64,000 nucleotides of DNA from Thainema sp. (GTDB lineage Bacteria > Cyanobacteriota > Cyanobacteriia > Phormidesmidales > Phormidesmidaceae): the NCBI GenBank assembly GCA_052168235.1, contig JBQLZK010000027.1:19536-83535 (forward strand), read 5' to 3'. Shown here in pieces: positions 20,630-31,111 of the stretch. The translations under genes and the position numbers were made by a program. How positions within the stretch are numbered: the stretch's first letter is position 1; every line of letters starts with the position of its first letter. Under the pieces are notes generated by a model. The model was not told the origin of the DNA, ran no database searches, and was given only the letters and a program-made list of their open reading frames with translations.

Positions 20630-22264
20630 TCAGCTTTGCTCGATTTTGCTTAATTCCGCATCTTGTCGGTAAAAGTGGCTGATATCGTCAAGTTGGCGAG
20701 TTTTAATGTAGTTCGCCTCCAGTTCGGGCTGCAGCGCTGGTCGAACTGTCTCAAATCGGCCTAGAACCACCTGCTCAGGCGCATAATCGCTCAAAATGGT
20801 TTGCAGTTGAGACGGCGTGAGGCTACCGGACAGAAAGCGCTTCGTCGAAAAGACCGCAATCTCCGGCGGAATTTTTAGATCGCTATAGAACCCAAAAATC
20901 AGGGTGTCGGTAAACAGCCATTCCGTTTGACTATTGTAGGGCTGCATATGTTCCAGCATGGCAAACGGAGCCTGAGATTTATCCAGAAAGCGCTGTGTCG
21001 TATGGTTGAGCAGCGCTAGCTTGATGGGGAGTCCGACGAGGAGGGAGAGGGCAAGGAGGCTGGCTGTGGCGATGGTGAGGAGTGAGGAGTGGGGGGTAGA
21101 TGGGTGGATGGGTGGATGGGTGGATGAGTAGGAGGGTGGATGGGTGGATGAGTGGGAGGGTAGATGGGTGGGGGATGAGGGGAGGAAGCGGTGCAGTTGT
21201 TGGTGCCAAACGGTGAGTGCTGGCTGCGCACCATAGGCGGCGAGCCAGGTGAGGGGAAGTGAAATCAGCAGGTAGTAGTGATACCAGATGGGGCGGTGCC
21301 AGGCGAGTACCGTTAAGCTGGCTAGCAGCCAGAGGAGGGGAATGCTGAGTCCTGATCGGAGGGTGTTGAGAAAGTGCGATCGCACGTTGCCAGCCCATAA
21401 TCCCCATAGGCCCAAGCCTGCCAAAATCCAGTAGTCTGGGTCTTTCACCAAAAAGTTGAGGTAGCCGCCCCAGCTATTTTGCCACTCGACGGCGGCGCGG
21501 ATGTTGGTGTCAAAGTGGCTGAGGGTGGACTGTTCAAGGCTTTGGGAAGGAAGGAGAAAAAGTGCGATCGCGGTTGCGATGCCGAAACCGAGTGACCAAA
21601 CTGCGCCGCGTTGGAGCGCTGGCTGAAGTTTCCCGGTAGCGGCCCTGTCGCTGGTTGGTAGAAGCAGTAGCCCCAGCAGCAGCACGGGCAGCAGAAACAG
21701 CGTGTAGGCTTTGATTTGCACCGACAGCGCTAGCCAGATGCCGGAGAGCAAGAGCCAGCCAATTTGAGCCGTGCGCTGGTAAACCAGCAGGGTATACATT
21801 GCCAGCACGGCCAGAGACAGCGAGGGAATTCCCATCATCACTGCCGCACTAAACTGCACAAAATGGCTCGATATCACAAGCAATACGACGCCAATCAGCG
21901 CCGCAGGCGCACCGACGGTGAGCCACATGCAGTGCCCCAGTGCCCAGACCAGAACCGTGGCAAAGCCGAGCGTTAATAACCGTGCAGCCAAGACAGAATG
22001 TCCAAACAGCTGTAGCCACGCTGCCCACAGCACCGTCGGCAGCGGTGGCTGGTCGCTCCAAATTTCGCTGTAGAGCTGAAAGCCGCGCAGATACAAATCC
22101 GCCTTGGTCAGCTCAATCCCCTCATCCGGATCAAACTGAAACACATCTGCGATCGCAGTCCAGCGATAGGCCAGCACCACAAACGCCAGCGGCACAATCA
22201 GGTTAAACACCCAACCCCAATACCGCCCCTGTCGCTCCCACTCATCCACCCATCCACCCCCCAC
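20630..22264 (-). CDS. Membrane glycosyltransferase (ArnT/PMT, GT39-like)
   Basis: DPDEG and WSDQPPL motifs, many TM helices; start uncertain. Confidence 0.75.
   Translation of the reverse strand: MGGGWVDEWERQGRYWGWVFNLIVPLAFVVLAYRWTAIADVFQFDPDEGIELTKADLYLRGFQLYSEIWSDQPPLPTVLWAAWLQLFGHSVLAARLLTLGFATVLVWALGHCMWLTVGAPAALIGVVLLVISSHFVQFSAAVMMGIPSLSLAVLAMYTLLVYQRTAQIGWLLLSGIWLALSVQIKAYTLFLLPVLLLGLLLLPTSDRAATGKLQPALQRGAVWSLGFGIATAIALFLLPSQSLEQSTLSHFDTNIRAAVEWQNSWGGYLNFLVKDPDYWILAGLGLWGLWAGNVRSHFLNTLRSGLSIPLLWLLASLTVLAWHRPIWYHYYLLISLPLTWLAAYGAQPALTVWHQQLHRFLPSSPTHLPSHSSTHPPSYSSTHPPIHPSTPHSSLLTIATASLLALSLLVGLPIKLALLNHTTQRFLDKSQAPFAMLEHMQPYNSQTEWLFTDTLIFGFYSDLKIPPEIAVFSTKRFLSGSLTPSQLQTILSDYAPEQVVLGRFETVRPALQPELEANYIKTRQLDDISHFYRQDAELSKIEQS
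21076..21187. repeat. Tandem GGGTGGAT-type repeats inside the glycosyltransferase
   Basis: Encodes a PSHSSTHPP-like low-complexity loop in frame. Confidence 0.8.
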
Positions 22265-22304
22265 TCCTCACTCTTCACTCCTCTCGCCTCTCGCCTCACT
22301 TTCC

Positions 22305-22997
22305 TCACTCCCCCACCGTCACACCTGCCCGCAGCAGCATCACCTGACGGCTATCGACAATCATGGCGGCAAAGTTGCGATCGCTGAGAATTTTGAGCAG
22401 GGCGCTGGCGGATTGAATATCGGGCGTATAGAGGGCGAGTAAGTAGGGATCTTGCCGATAAGCGGCTACGCCAACTTCACGGGAGATGGCTTGCTGTACG
22501 TCTAGAGCCACTTCAGGTCGATTTTCGTAGTCCACTAGGACGGCATAGCCGACGCCGAGCGGTCGCGGCTGATAGGTGCTGGGGTTCGTGGCAGGCAGAA
22601 CAGCCGTAGGTGGACGGGCAACGAAGGTTTGAATGTCGTTGACCTCACCACCCAAGTACTGGGCCCAAGCACTGGCGGTTTCCAGATTGGTAAAACCACC
22701 AATGCGGACGACTGGATCGCCAAAGTAATCACAAACTGCGATGGTTGTGCCGTCAGGTACAAGGGTTTGCACCTGCTGCCGCTGCTCTGGCGTTTCGCCA
22801 ATTACCAGCAGTAGATATTCATTGGTATTGGGCGGCTGGCAGGGCGGAAATTCTTGGGCTTGAGCCGAGTAGCCAAGGCAGACTGTGCCAACCAGACTCA
22901 GTCCACCTAGCAGGAAGCGCAGTCCCCGATGCCGCACATACCGCCGCACAGATCGACGAGATGGCGTGATTTGACTCTGACTCTGCCGCTGTTCCAT
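22305..22997 (-). CDS. Hypothetical secreted protein
   Basis: Signal peptide ending AQA, then CQPPNTNEYLLLV; start uncertain. Confidence 0.65.
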   Translation of the reverse strand: MEQRQSQSQITPSRRSVRRYVRHRGLRFLLGGLSLVGTVCLGYSAQAQEFPPCQPPNTNEYLLLVIGETPEQRQQVQTLVPDGTTIAVCDYFGDPVVRIGGFTNLETASAWAQYLGGEVNDIQTFVARPPTAVLPATNPSTYQPRPLGVGYAVLVDYENRPEVALDVQQAISREVGVAAYRQDPYLLALYTPDIQSASALLKILSDRNFAAMIVDSRQVMLLRAGVTVGE

Positions 22998-23082
22998 TCG
23001 ATTCGCCCTCACAGAAACACCGAACATTTTGCCACGAGTCTTGCCGAAGTGGCCAAAACGATGAAGTTCTTTAAGGCTTGAA

Positions 23083-23715
23083 CTAGCGATCGCGCAACTG
23101 CGCCTCCAAACCCGCCACATCTTCCGGCAGCAAAACGATCATCCGTCCGCTGTAGTTGACGCCAGCCGGATTGCGCGCAACTTCGACCCAGTAGGCGTAG
23201 CGATCGCCCTGACGCAGTTCACCTTCTAGGAACGTTAATAGCGGTGAATTGCGGGACTGGCGAAAGGTATCGGCATTGGGATAGGTATAGACGGGTTCGG
23301 CTTCCATATAGTCGCGATAGAGATCAGCGCCATAAATCACCCGCAGCGTTTCTTCGAGGCGTTCACGGGTGACGCCGTTGATGATGTCGAATAGCTCAAT
23401 TTTTTCGGAGCGGATTTCGCCGACGACTCCGGGTTCTAGGGGACGTCCAGGCGACAGGCGCGAGGCTTCAAACAGGAATCGCTGAGCAGCGGTGTCGGTA
23501 CGCTGTACGCGCAGGCGTTCGCCGAGTTCAGGCTGCAAGGTGGGGTGGGCTTGAATCCAGGCGGCAACATCGTCGGCTTTTTGTCCGGGTAGGGCTGCGG
23601 CTGGCTGGCTGGTTAGCGTTTCAGTCGCGGTGTAACCCAGGAGTAAAAGTGCGATCGCACCTCCGATTTTTCTCCCTTGCCGCCCCAATCGTTGATTGTT
23701 CCTGTGCTGACCCAT
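23083..23715 (-). CDS. Hypothetical secreted protein
   Basis: Signal peptide followed by ALPGQ...WIQAHPTL. Confidence 0.7.
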   Translation of the reverse strand: MGQHRNNQRLGRQGRKIGGAIALLLLGYTATETLTSQPAAALPGQKADDVAAWIQAHPTLQPELGERLRVQRTDTAAQRFLFEASRLSPGRPLEPGVVGEIRSEKIELFDIINGVTRERLEETLRVIYGADLYRDYMEAEPVYTYPNADTFRQSRNSPLLTFLEGELRQGDRYAYWVEVARNPAGVNYSGRMIVLLPEDVAGLEAQLRDR

Positions 23716-23968
23716 ATTCCTTTCCTCCAACTCCGCTCCTCATTATGACCATCTCAACGATAAAACGAACATCTTCAACAATTTGTTAACTCACAGCTTG
23801 TACCCAAATTCAAAGAAGTAATTTTGTCGCCGCATTGCGACAGCAAAATTACTTCTTTAGGTTCAGTTTTGAATAGGGCAGGCTGTGTCTTGACTCAGGT
23901 TGAACGGGGCTGCAATGGCGTTAATATCGCTGAGTAGATGGAACAGAACGTCATCCCAATCAACTGTT

Positions 23969-24075
23969 TATAGCCTTTCCTGATCTACTGAGGTATAAGT
24001 TATTTTTTGGAAAGCCGCGCGGAGCGCGGCTTTCCAAAAAATAACCTCCCCTTTATCAGCGCAATAAGCGCTATA
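23969..24075. repeat. Small palindromic element family C, copy 2
   Basis: TATAGC...GCTATA ends; homologous to 14558-14662. Confidence 0.85.
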
Positions 24076-24212
24076 AACCTCAGTGGTGATGTGTTGCTGA
24101 TTCGCTCAATTTTTGTTCAAACTCGGCTGAATTTCGCTGCGCTAAGCTTAAGTTAGGCTTAAACAACCGAAGCCTAATCATCGAATACGTATCTATCTCG
24201 CACTAAACGCCA

Positions 24213-25313
24213 ATGAAGACTGCTAGCCAATCGACTCCTGAACAGGACTCCACCCCTAAAAACGGAACCTCAAAACAGACCTCGACGGGCAAGACATCGT
24301 CACTCACACCGCTGCATCAGTATGCCCATGAGGCGATTCGCAAGCACTTCAAGAAATCGACCAAGTATTTGGATGATGTACTGTGCGATCGCGATCCAGA
24401 AGATGTGCATCAGATGCGGGTTGGCATGCGGCGGCTACGGACGGCGCTACAGGTCTTCGAAGGAGTCGTTGTGCTGCCGTCTGGGCTGAGTATTAAGAAA
24501 ATTGGCAAGCTGGCTAAAGCACTGGGCAACGTGCGGGATTTAGACGTGATGCTGGAGTGGTTGCAGTCTTATTTGGAAAAAGCTGATCCTAAAGTGATTG
24601 GGGCGCTGGCACCGGTGATGGAGCGGGTGCAGAAGAAGCGCAAGAAGTGCCGCAAGCGGCTGCGGAAGGTACTGAAAGGGAAGCAGTATGCCGCGTTTGA
24701 GCAGGGTTTTCAAACTTGGCTAGAGCAGCCAAAGTATACGCCAGTGGCCGAATTGCCGCTGGAGCAGGTTTTACCCGACTTGCTGCTGCCGCTGATTAGC
24801 GAACTACTGCTGCATCCGGGTTGGTTGGTGGCGACTAGCAGCACAAAACAGAAGGGGATTCAGCCGACCAAGCGACTGAACCAAACACAAATTCATCAGG
24901 TGCTAAAGCAAGATAGCGACGATCTACATGACCTGCGTAAACAAATGAAGCGGGTACGCTATCAGACTGAGTTTTTTACCGAGTTTTATGGCGATAGCTA
25001 CCAGGCTCAAACGGAGGAGTTTCGAGTGATTCAGGATTTGCTCGGTCAGCTCCAGGATGGGGCGATTTTGAGCGAGTTTTTAGCGGATGAACTCGATGCC
25101 GATTGGCCCAAGCAGCTACCGGATTTACACCAGCAGCTCCAGCAGGAGCAAATTGACATTTGGCGACAGTGGCAGCCAATTCAAGCGAAGTATCTGACCG
25201 CTGAATTCCGGCAGCAGTTGCGCCAGTTGGTGTTGACGCCTGGTGCTGCACCTACAGCCAGCCCCGCAGCCGATAAATCACCAGCCCCAGATACTCCTTC
25301 AGAATCCGAGTAG
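24213..25313 (+). CDS. CHAD domain protein
   Basis: DPEDVHQMRVGMRRLR, LHDLRKQMKRVRYQTE. Confidence 0.9.
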   Translation: MKTASQSTPEQDSTPKNGTSKQTSTGKTSSLTPLHQYAHEAIRKHFKKSTKYLDDVLCDRDPEDVHQMRVGMRRLRTALQVFEGVVVLPSGLSIKKIGKLAKALGNVRDLDVMLEWLQSYLEKADPKVIGALAPVMERVQKKRKKCRKRLRKVLKGKQYAAFEQGFQTWLEQPKYTPVAELPLEQVLPDLLLPLISELLLHPGWLVATSSTKQKGIQPTKRLNQTQIHQVLKQDSDDLHDLRKQMKRVRYQTEFFTEFYGDSYQAQTEEFRVIQDLLGQLQDGAILSEFLADELDADWPKQLPDLHQQLQQEQIDIWRQWQPIQAKYLTAEFRQQLRQLVLTPGAAPTASPAADKSPAPDTPSESE

Positions 25314-26043
25314 TCTGCGCTAGATTTTCGGCGCTGGGCAAAATACCCAAGATGCGACCTTCCAGGCTGCTGGTTAATTCGGCGTAGCTCTGTTCCGACA
25401 CCATAAAATCGGTCGGAGCTGCGATCGCAGTTATCCCCTGTTTCTTGAAGATCGCCAGAGCGCGCGGCATGTGTAGCGCAGAGGTCACAAGCAGCACCTG
25501 ATCGAGATCCCGCTGCTCTAGAATCTGCTTGACGTTGATGGCGTTCTGGTAGGTATTTAAGGACTCTGGATCTTGCAGAATCGCGTTGGGGGCAACGCCC
25601 ATCTCAACGGCAATTTGAGCCATATCTGCCGACTCAGATGCACCGCCATCTTTCCAGTCAATTCGGCCACCGCTGAGGATCAGCCAGGGCGCTTTGCCTG
25701 CGTTATACAGACGGGCACCGTGCAGAATGCGATCGCCCGCTTCCATTACGTCTACCCAGGGTCGGGGCGCAATCTGGGAGCGCGTGGCACCACCGAGTAC
25801 AACAATGGCGTCAGCGTTCGGTAAATTGGCAGGCGGTAGGTTTTGCCATTCCAAGGACTGCGTCAACCCAGTGGCGACCCAAGCGTTGCTGCCCAGCCAT
25901 AAAACTGCGATCGCACCTAACAGCAAACTCGCCGCCGCACGGGGTCGTTTCCAAAGCAGGAACCAGGCCAGCGCAATCAACAAGCAGCCCAGTCCTAGCG
26001 GATAGACGAATAGGGGCAACAGTTTGGACAGGAATAAAAACAT
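25252..26043 (-). CDS. YdcF/DUF218 family protein
   Basis: DAIVVLGG, ILSGG, SLNTYQNA, LVTSALHMPRA. Confidence 0.9.
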   Translation of the reverse strand: MFLFLSKLLPLFVYPLGLGCLLIALAWFLLWKRPRAAASLLLGAIAVLWLGSNAWVATGLTQSLEWQNLPPANLPNADAIVVLGGATRSQIAPRPWVDVMEAGDRILHGARLYNAGKAPWLILSGGRIDWKDGGASESADMAQIAVEMGVAPNAILQDPESLNTYQNAINVKQILEQRDLDQVLLVTSALHMPRALAIFKKQGITAIAAPTDFMVSEQSYAELTSSLEGRILGILPSAENLAQTTRILKEYLGLVIYRLRGWL

Positions 26044-26066
26044 GGTGGTTGGCAGGCTGCTTTTGA

Positions 26067-26399
26067 TTACTCATTGCGCGAGTCAATCCGAGACTCACCC
26101 CGAGAGCGACGACGCTGATACACCGATGAGCTAGGCCGAAACCAGCGATTGCGATTACCCTGACGGGCGCTGCGCCAGAGCGAGATCCGACTGCGTAGGC
26201 GACTGATGGCTGTTTCAGGTATGGCTTCAGCTTGATTGGGCGAAGTTGGCGCTTGCCACCAGGTAATAATCAGACTGGCCGCAATCCCTGCGGCTGCTCC
26301 TAGGCATAGGCTGAGGGGAATCGGATAATCCAGCAAAACAAAGCAGACGAGAAAAAACAGCCAGAGCTGTAAGCCAATCGTAATCCCTTGGTCGCTCAT
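26067..26399 (-). CDS. Hypothetical membrane protein
   Basis: Two TM helices and a basic tail; co-oriented with the YdcF gene. Confidence 0.6.
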   Translation of the reverse strand: MSDQGITIGLQLWLFFLVCFVLLDYPIPLSLCLGAAAGIAASLIITWWQAPTSPNQAEAIPETAISRLRSRISLWRSARQGNRNRWFRPSSSVYQRRRSRGESRIDSRNE

Positions 26400-26608
26400 A
26401 ATCTTGTTCAGGTATACCTCCAGAACTCAAGCATTTCTGTTATACAGCAATCGGGGTGAGGAGTGAGCGTGAGGCGTGAGGCGTGAGGTCTGTAAAAAAA
26501 TACTAACAGTGGTTGACTTTTTGATCGAAATTGGGAGCGCTGTGCTAACTTTATCAGCCAGTTTAAGTCTTAAGCAGTGTTTTTCGGTGTGCTTGGAGTA
26601 AGTGAGTT

Positions 26609-26953
26609 ATGACTATTCGATTGAAGACGTTAAGGAATGTCTTGGGGTTTGGTGCGATCGCAACTTTAACTCTTATGAGTAGCTTGATGATTACCGCATC
26701 GCCTATGTTGGCGGATCGTCCCGGTACGTCGCGTCCGCCTGCGGCCAGTAACGCAACGGCTCGCGCTACGACTAATGCGACTGTCTATGCTTCACCCAAT
26801 TTGAGTTCTGCAAACATTGTCGGTTCAATTCCCAGCGGCACGGCTGTACAGGTGTTTGATGCGATTGGCGTTTCGAGCACGATGACGATGTATTACGTCG
26901 ATAGTGGTGTGGTGCGGGGCTGGGTGCGGCAGTCTGATCTTGTTTTTCTCTAA
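26609..26953 (+). CDS. Secreted SH3-like domain protein
   Basis: Signal peptide, VYASPNLSS...GWVRQSDL. Confidence 0.6.
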   Translation: MTIRLKTLRNVLGFGAIATLTLMSSLMITASPMLADRPGTSRPPAASNATARATTNATVYASPNLSSANIVGSIPSGTAVQVFDAIGVSSTMTMYYVDSGVVRGWVRQSDLVFL

Positions 26954-27062
26954 TTTTCGCCAGTTCTCTCCAAATCGATATTGGACAGATCCCCCAACGG
27001 TGTCATGTCAAGCCCCTAGAATAAGAAGTAATATTTTGTAACAGGATGAGTTGGAGGTCGGC

Positions 27063-27332
27063 ATGGCGGCAAATATTGAAATCTATACCTGGAGTAGCTG
27101 CCCGTTTTGCATTCGGGCGAAGGCGCTGTTAGATAAAAAAGGTGTTGACTACACTGAACACCAAATTGATGGTGATGAAGCAGCTCGGTCAAAAATGGCA
27201 AAGCGGACGGGTGGGCCACGTTCGGTGCCCCAGATTTTTGTGAATGATCACTACGTTGGGGATTGCCAGGGCATTCATCAGCTTGATGCCCAGGGCAAGC
27301 TTGACCAAATTTTACAGGGCGGCGCAGCCTAG
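27063..27332 (+). CDS. grxC: Glutaredoxin 3
   Basis: CPFC active site, RSVPQIF. Confidence 0.92.
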   Translation: MAANIEIYTWSSCPFCIRAKALLDKKGVDYTEHQIDGDEAARSKMAKRTGGPRSVPQIFVNDHYVGDCQGIHQLDAQGKLDQILQGGAA

Positions 27333-27338
27333 TTGTTT

Positions 27339-27383
27339 AAACGAGAATCCCCCTGCCGCATCGCGGCAGGGGGATTCTCGTTT
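27339..27383. terminator. Hairpin between convergent grxC and dps
   Basis: Long perfect inverted repeat with a 3-nt loop. Confidence 0.7.
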
Positions 27384-27395
27384 AGCAAGTATTAA

Positions 27396-27929
27396 CTACT
27401 TCGCGTCGCCTTTCTTGACCAGGTGCGCTTCGAGGAACCAGAGGCGCTTGTCAACGGTGCGAGATACTTCCGTGTAGAGGTCAGCCGTATCGGCATCGCC
27501 CAGATCATCGGTGGTATCAATTGCTTCCCGGACGTGCTTAGCATAAGCGGCAAAGCGCTCAGCCAGGGCTGTGACGTGCTCTTCACCCGTGACGGCTTCT
27601 AGGTCGTACTCGGGCAGAATCGATTCAGCCGCAGCGAGGCGGGCGGTGCCCATAGCAGTGCCACCCAGGGCAGTGACGCGCTCGGCCACCATGTCAACGT
27701 ACTCTTCTAGTTCACCTGCCATTTCATCAAACAGCTCATGCAGTTGATAAAAGTCCATGCCTTTGACGTTCCAGTGAGCCTGCTTGGTCTGGGTTTTGAG
27801 ATCTAACGTGGCGGCTAGGGTTTGGTTGAGGATTTCGGTAACCTGCGATCGCACATCCTGCGGCAAATCGATCCGAGTGGGATAGAAGCGGCGATTTGAT
27901 TTGGATGGACGAGATGTTGTGGCTGTCAT
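27396..27929 (-). CDS. dps: DNA starvation/stationary-phase protection protein Dps
   Basis: KQAHWNVKG, LHELFDE, DMVAER, DKRLWFLEAH. Confidence 0.95.
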   Translation of the reverse strand: MTATTSRPSKSNRRFYPTRIDLPQDVRSQVTEILNQTLAATLDLKTQTKQAHWNVKGMDFYQLHELFDEMAGELEEYVDMVAERVTALGGTAMGTARLAAAESILPEYDLEAVTGEEHVTALAERFAAYAKHVREAIDTTDDLGDADTADLYTEVSRTVDKRLWFLEAHLVKKGDAK

Positions 27930-28334
27930 AAATTTAAGACTCTCCTAGTGTGAGTAATGCGAAAAACTTAGGCTAGTTGGAAAAACGGTAAATAAGGGGA
28001 AGCTGCAATTCAAGCAGTTGACTTTTCGGTGATAGCGCAAGTTTTCCAGTCTGCAATCAAGATTAACTTCAATCATCGATTCCAACTGAGCGATCAGCCG
28101 AAAGGAATTCAACTGTAGACTACCGCAACTGTGAAGACGCATCGTACCTCTGCATACCGTTGAATCGGATTGTTAAACCTAAATTACATCAGTCTCACGA
28201 TTGCTACTCCTAAAGTGTACTCATAATGACTTCGACTTGACAACCCCTTCTTTAAAATTCCGCAAAAAAATTAGTAGAAGATCCTAAGGTACATGACTCG
28301 TTTGAGTTTGGATTCTGCCAATGGGCTAAGATTA

Positions 28335-28432
28335 CAGAGCGCCAATCGGCCAAGTTTGTCGGCAAGGTAGGGAAAATCCGGTGTAAGTCCGGTGCTGTGC
28401 CGCAGCTGTGAAAGCCAGAATGCCTACTAGCT
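28335..28432 (+). ncRNA. Cobalamin riboswitch (compact)
   Basis: GGGAAAATCCGGTGTAAGTCCGGTGCTGTGCCGCAGCTGT...AAGCCAGA B12 box upstream of cbiX. Confidence 0.85.
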
Positions 28433-28477
28433 GATGCTGATGTTTATTCTCCTGCGTTGCACAGGAAACTGATTGTC

Positions 28478-29584
28478 ATGTCTACTACACCGCTCAATTC
28501 GAGTCGTTTAACTGTTGCGTCGATTGAGGCGTTTCAGACTGAATTGCTGGCTCAAGAGGCAACTGCGATCGCGCAGCTAGAGCTACCTCCGCTTCCCATC
28601 AAGCGACCTCTCCTGATGGTGGGGCACGGTAGCCGTGATGCCGATGGTCGTCAGCGCTTGCTAGATTTCGCCCATATTTACCAATCTTTAGATCCGTCCC
28701 GACCCGTTTTGCCCTGCTTTCTCGAGCTGACAGAACCGTCGATTCAAGACGGCGTTGATCAGTGTGTGGAGCAAGGCTATACGGATCTGTCGGTGCTGCC
28801 GATTTTGCTATTTGCGGCGCGCCACAATAAGTTTGACGTGACAAACGAGCTGGATCGCGCCCGTCAGCGTCACCCCCAGCTCAAGTTTCACTACGGTCGC
28901 CACTTTGGGATTACGCCTGAAATTTTAGATCTATGGCGCGATCGCTTGGCGCTACTGGATACGCCGGAGCATAATCCCTATGGGATTGAGCGCAGCGAGA
29001 CAGTTTTACTCTTTGTGGGACGCGGATCGAGCGATCCAGATGCCAATGGTGATGTTGCTAAACTGGCGCGTATGGTGTGGGAAGGCAGCGGCTATCACAC
29101 GGTTGAAACTTGCTTCATTGGGATTACGCATCCCCGGTTGGAGGAGGGTTTTGAGCGGGCAAGGCTTTATCGACCTAAGCGGATTGTAGTGCTGCCCTAC
29201 TTCATGTTTACAGGGGTGCTGGTCAAGAAAATTTTTGATATCACCGCGCAGCAGCAGGCTCAGTTCCCCCACATTCACCTGTCTTGCCTGCCGGAGATGA
29301 ACATTCATCCCCAACTGTTAGCAATTCTGCGCCGTCGTGAGCTAGAAACGCAGATGGGCGAAGTGCAAATGAACTGTGAAATGTGTAAGTTCCGGTTAGC
29401 GGCCAAGTCGGGTGATACTCATGGCCACTCCCACGGTCATGATCATGGGCATTCACATCATGATCATAGTCATGGCCACAATCATGGTCACAGCCACGGG
29501 CATGGGCATGATCACAGCCATGAAGCTGTCGATCCTTATGCCAAACCTGCCGATTATCACGACCGAGTTTGGCAAGTTCCCTAG
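28478..29584 (+). CDS. cbiX: Sirohydrochlorin cobaltochelatase CbiX with His-rich tail
   Basis: [27 protein letters not shown], poly-His tail. Confidence 0.92.
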   Translation: MSTTPLNSSRLTVASIEAFQTELLAQEATAIAQLELPPLPIKRPLLMVGHGSRDADGRQRLLDFAHIYQSLDPSRPVLPCFLELTEPSIQDGVDQCVEQGYTDLSVLPILLFAARHNKFDVTNELDRARQRHPQLKFHYGRHFGITPEILDLWRDRLALLDTPEHNPYGIERSETVLLFVGRGSSDPDANGDVAKLARMVWEGSGYHTVETCFIGITHPRLEEGFERARLYRPKRIVVLPYFMFTGVLVKKIFDITAQQQAQFPHIHLSCLPEMNIHPQLLAILRRRELETQMGEVQMNCEMCKFRLAAKSGDTHGHSHGHDHGHSHHDHSHGHNHGHSHGHGHDHSHEAVDPYAKPADYHDRVWQVP

Positions 29585-29760
29585 CTTTACCAACCTCAAA
29601 CGAGCAGTGGCTGCCGCGATGCGGCAGCCACTGCTCATTTTGGGATCTTTTGCAAATCTTGAAGTGGAAGGAGTCAAATTTAGTTGCTAAATCGGTAACT
29701 GCAATATTCAGCATCATCAACCAGCGATAGAGTTAAAACGTTGGTGAAGAGTGAAAGAAC

Positions 29761-31089
29761 ATGAAAACAATCGTTGCGTTAGCCCTCGGCGCTGGATTGG
29801 GTTGGTCAGGATTGAGCCATTTGGCAGTGGCGCAAACGTCGCTCGATGAATCTCTAGATCAAAACTCAGATAAAGCTCCAACTACTCAAATTGCTGCACC
29901 AGACGACGAGCCAACTTGGTATAACTGCCTGACTCGTGAAGTCTGGAGTCCTGAGAAGCAGGCATGGTGCGATCTGCTCCGCACGATGCAGGGCTTGGAG
30001 TACACCGTTCCCTACTATGGCGCTGTTGTACTGAACAATGGCTTCTATGAAAATACAGAGCAGCGCTGGCAAGTTAGCTTAATTAATCAGGCCGGACTGA
30101 TTGACTTTGGTGATTTGGATGGGGATGGAACAGCGGATGATGCGATCGCACTTTTATTAGTGAATTCAGGTGGTTCGGGGCAGTTTGTTTATCTTGCGCC
30201 AGTTCTGGATGTTGCAACTGATCCTCAGCCATTGGGTACGGTATTTCTGGGCGATCGCGTTCGGGTCAATGCCGTGGGTATCGATGACGGACAGGTCACA
30301 CTGAATATGGTGACGCAGGATGCAGATGATCCGCTTTGCTGTCCGACGTTAGAAGTCACGCAGGTGTATCAGGTGCAGCCGGCGCTGGTGCAGGTAAGCG
30401 GTGATTTGCTGGCACCCATGACGCTGCCGGGGCCGCTGCCGGATCGGTCGGAAACCGATGAGTTTCCAGACAAAGTAGAGGGCGAAATCCTGATTCAGCT
30501 AGACACAAATGACTACATCGTTCGCGTGTATCAGGAAGACGAACAAACTAAGATTGACTTGTATAACAAGGCTAGTCAGGGGTTAGACCTGAACGGTGTG
30601 CCCGTAACGGTGGAGGAAACGCCGGAGGGAACGAGTTATCTATACGAAGGCGAGCTAACGGTGCGGGTATTTGATTCAGCGTATGGCAAGGATAGTTTGG
30701 TGATTAATGGCGATGTTCAGCCGGATGATCAGACCAGCAGCGATTTAGCCACCATCACGGGCACGGTCGCCTATCGGCAGCGGATTGCGCTACCTCCCAC
30801 TGCGATTATTGAGGTTCAGCTTCAGGATGTGAGTTTGCAGGATGCCGCGGCTGTTATCTTGGCCAGCGAAACGATTGAATCTGACGGTCGCCAAGTGCCG
30901 ATTCCGTTTTCCCTCTCCTATGATGCCGATGAGATTAATCCCCGTCATACCTATGCGGTGCGGGCCAGCATCTACGTGGATGATCAGCTCCGGTTTACCA
31001 GTACCACTAGCTACCCAGTGATTACCAACGGCAATCCCCATCAAGTAGATATTATCGTTGAGCCAGTGACGAGTGCCGGGAATCGATAG
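29761..31089 (+). CDS. Secreted multidomain protein with C-terminal YbaY domain
   Basis: Signal peptide; ITGTVAYRQRIALPP...LQDVSLQDA...QVPIPF. Confidence 0.75.
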   Translation: MKTIVALALGAGLGWSGLSHLAVAQTSLDESLDQNSDKAPTTQIAAPDDEPTWYNCLTREVWSPEKQAWCDLLRTMQGLEYTVPYYGAVVLNNGFYENTEQRWQVSLINQAGLIDFGDLDGDGTADDAIALLLVNSGGSGQFVYLAPVLDVATDPQPLGTVFLGDRVRVNAVGIDDGQVTLNMVTQDADDPLCCPTLEVTQVYQVQPALVQVSGDLLAPMTLPGPLPDRSETDEFPDKVEGEILIQLDTNDYIVRVYQEDEQTKIDLYNKASQGLDLNGVPVTVEETPEGTSYLYEGELTVRVFDSAYGKDSLVINGDVQPDDQTSSDLATITGTVAYRQRIALPPTAIIEVQLQDVSLQDAAAVILASETIESDGRQVPIPFSLSYDADEINPRHTYAVRASIYVDDQLRFTSTTSYPVITNGNPHQVDIIVEPVTSAGNR

Positions 31090-31111
31090 CTATTCCTAAA
31101 ATTGCGAGATT

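Noticed and set aside
29416..29524. His-rich repeat in cbiX
   Set aside because: Known feature of long-form CbiX.
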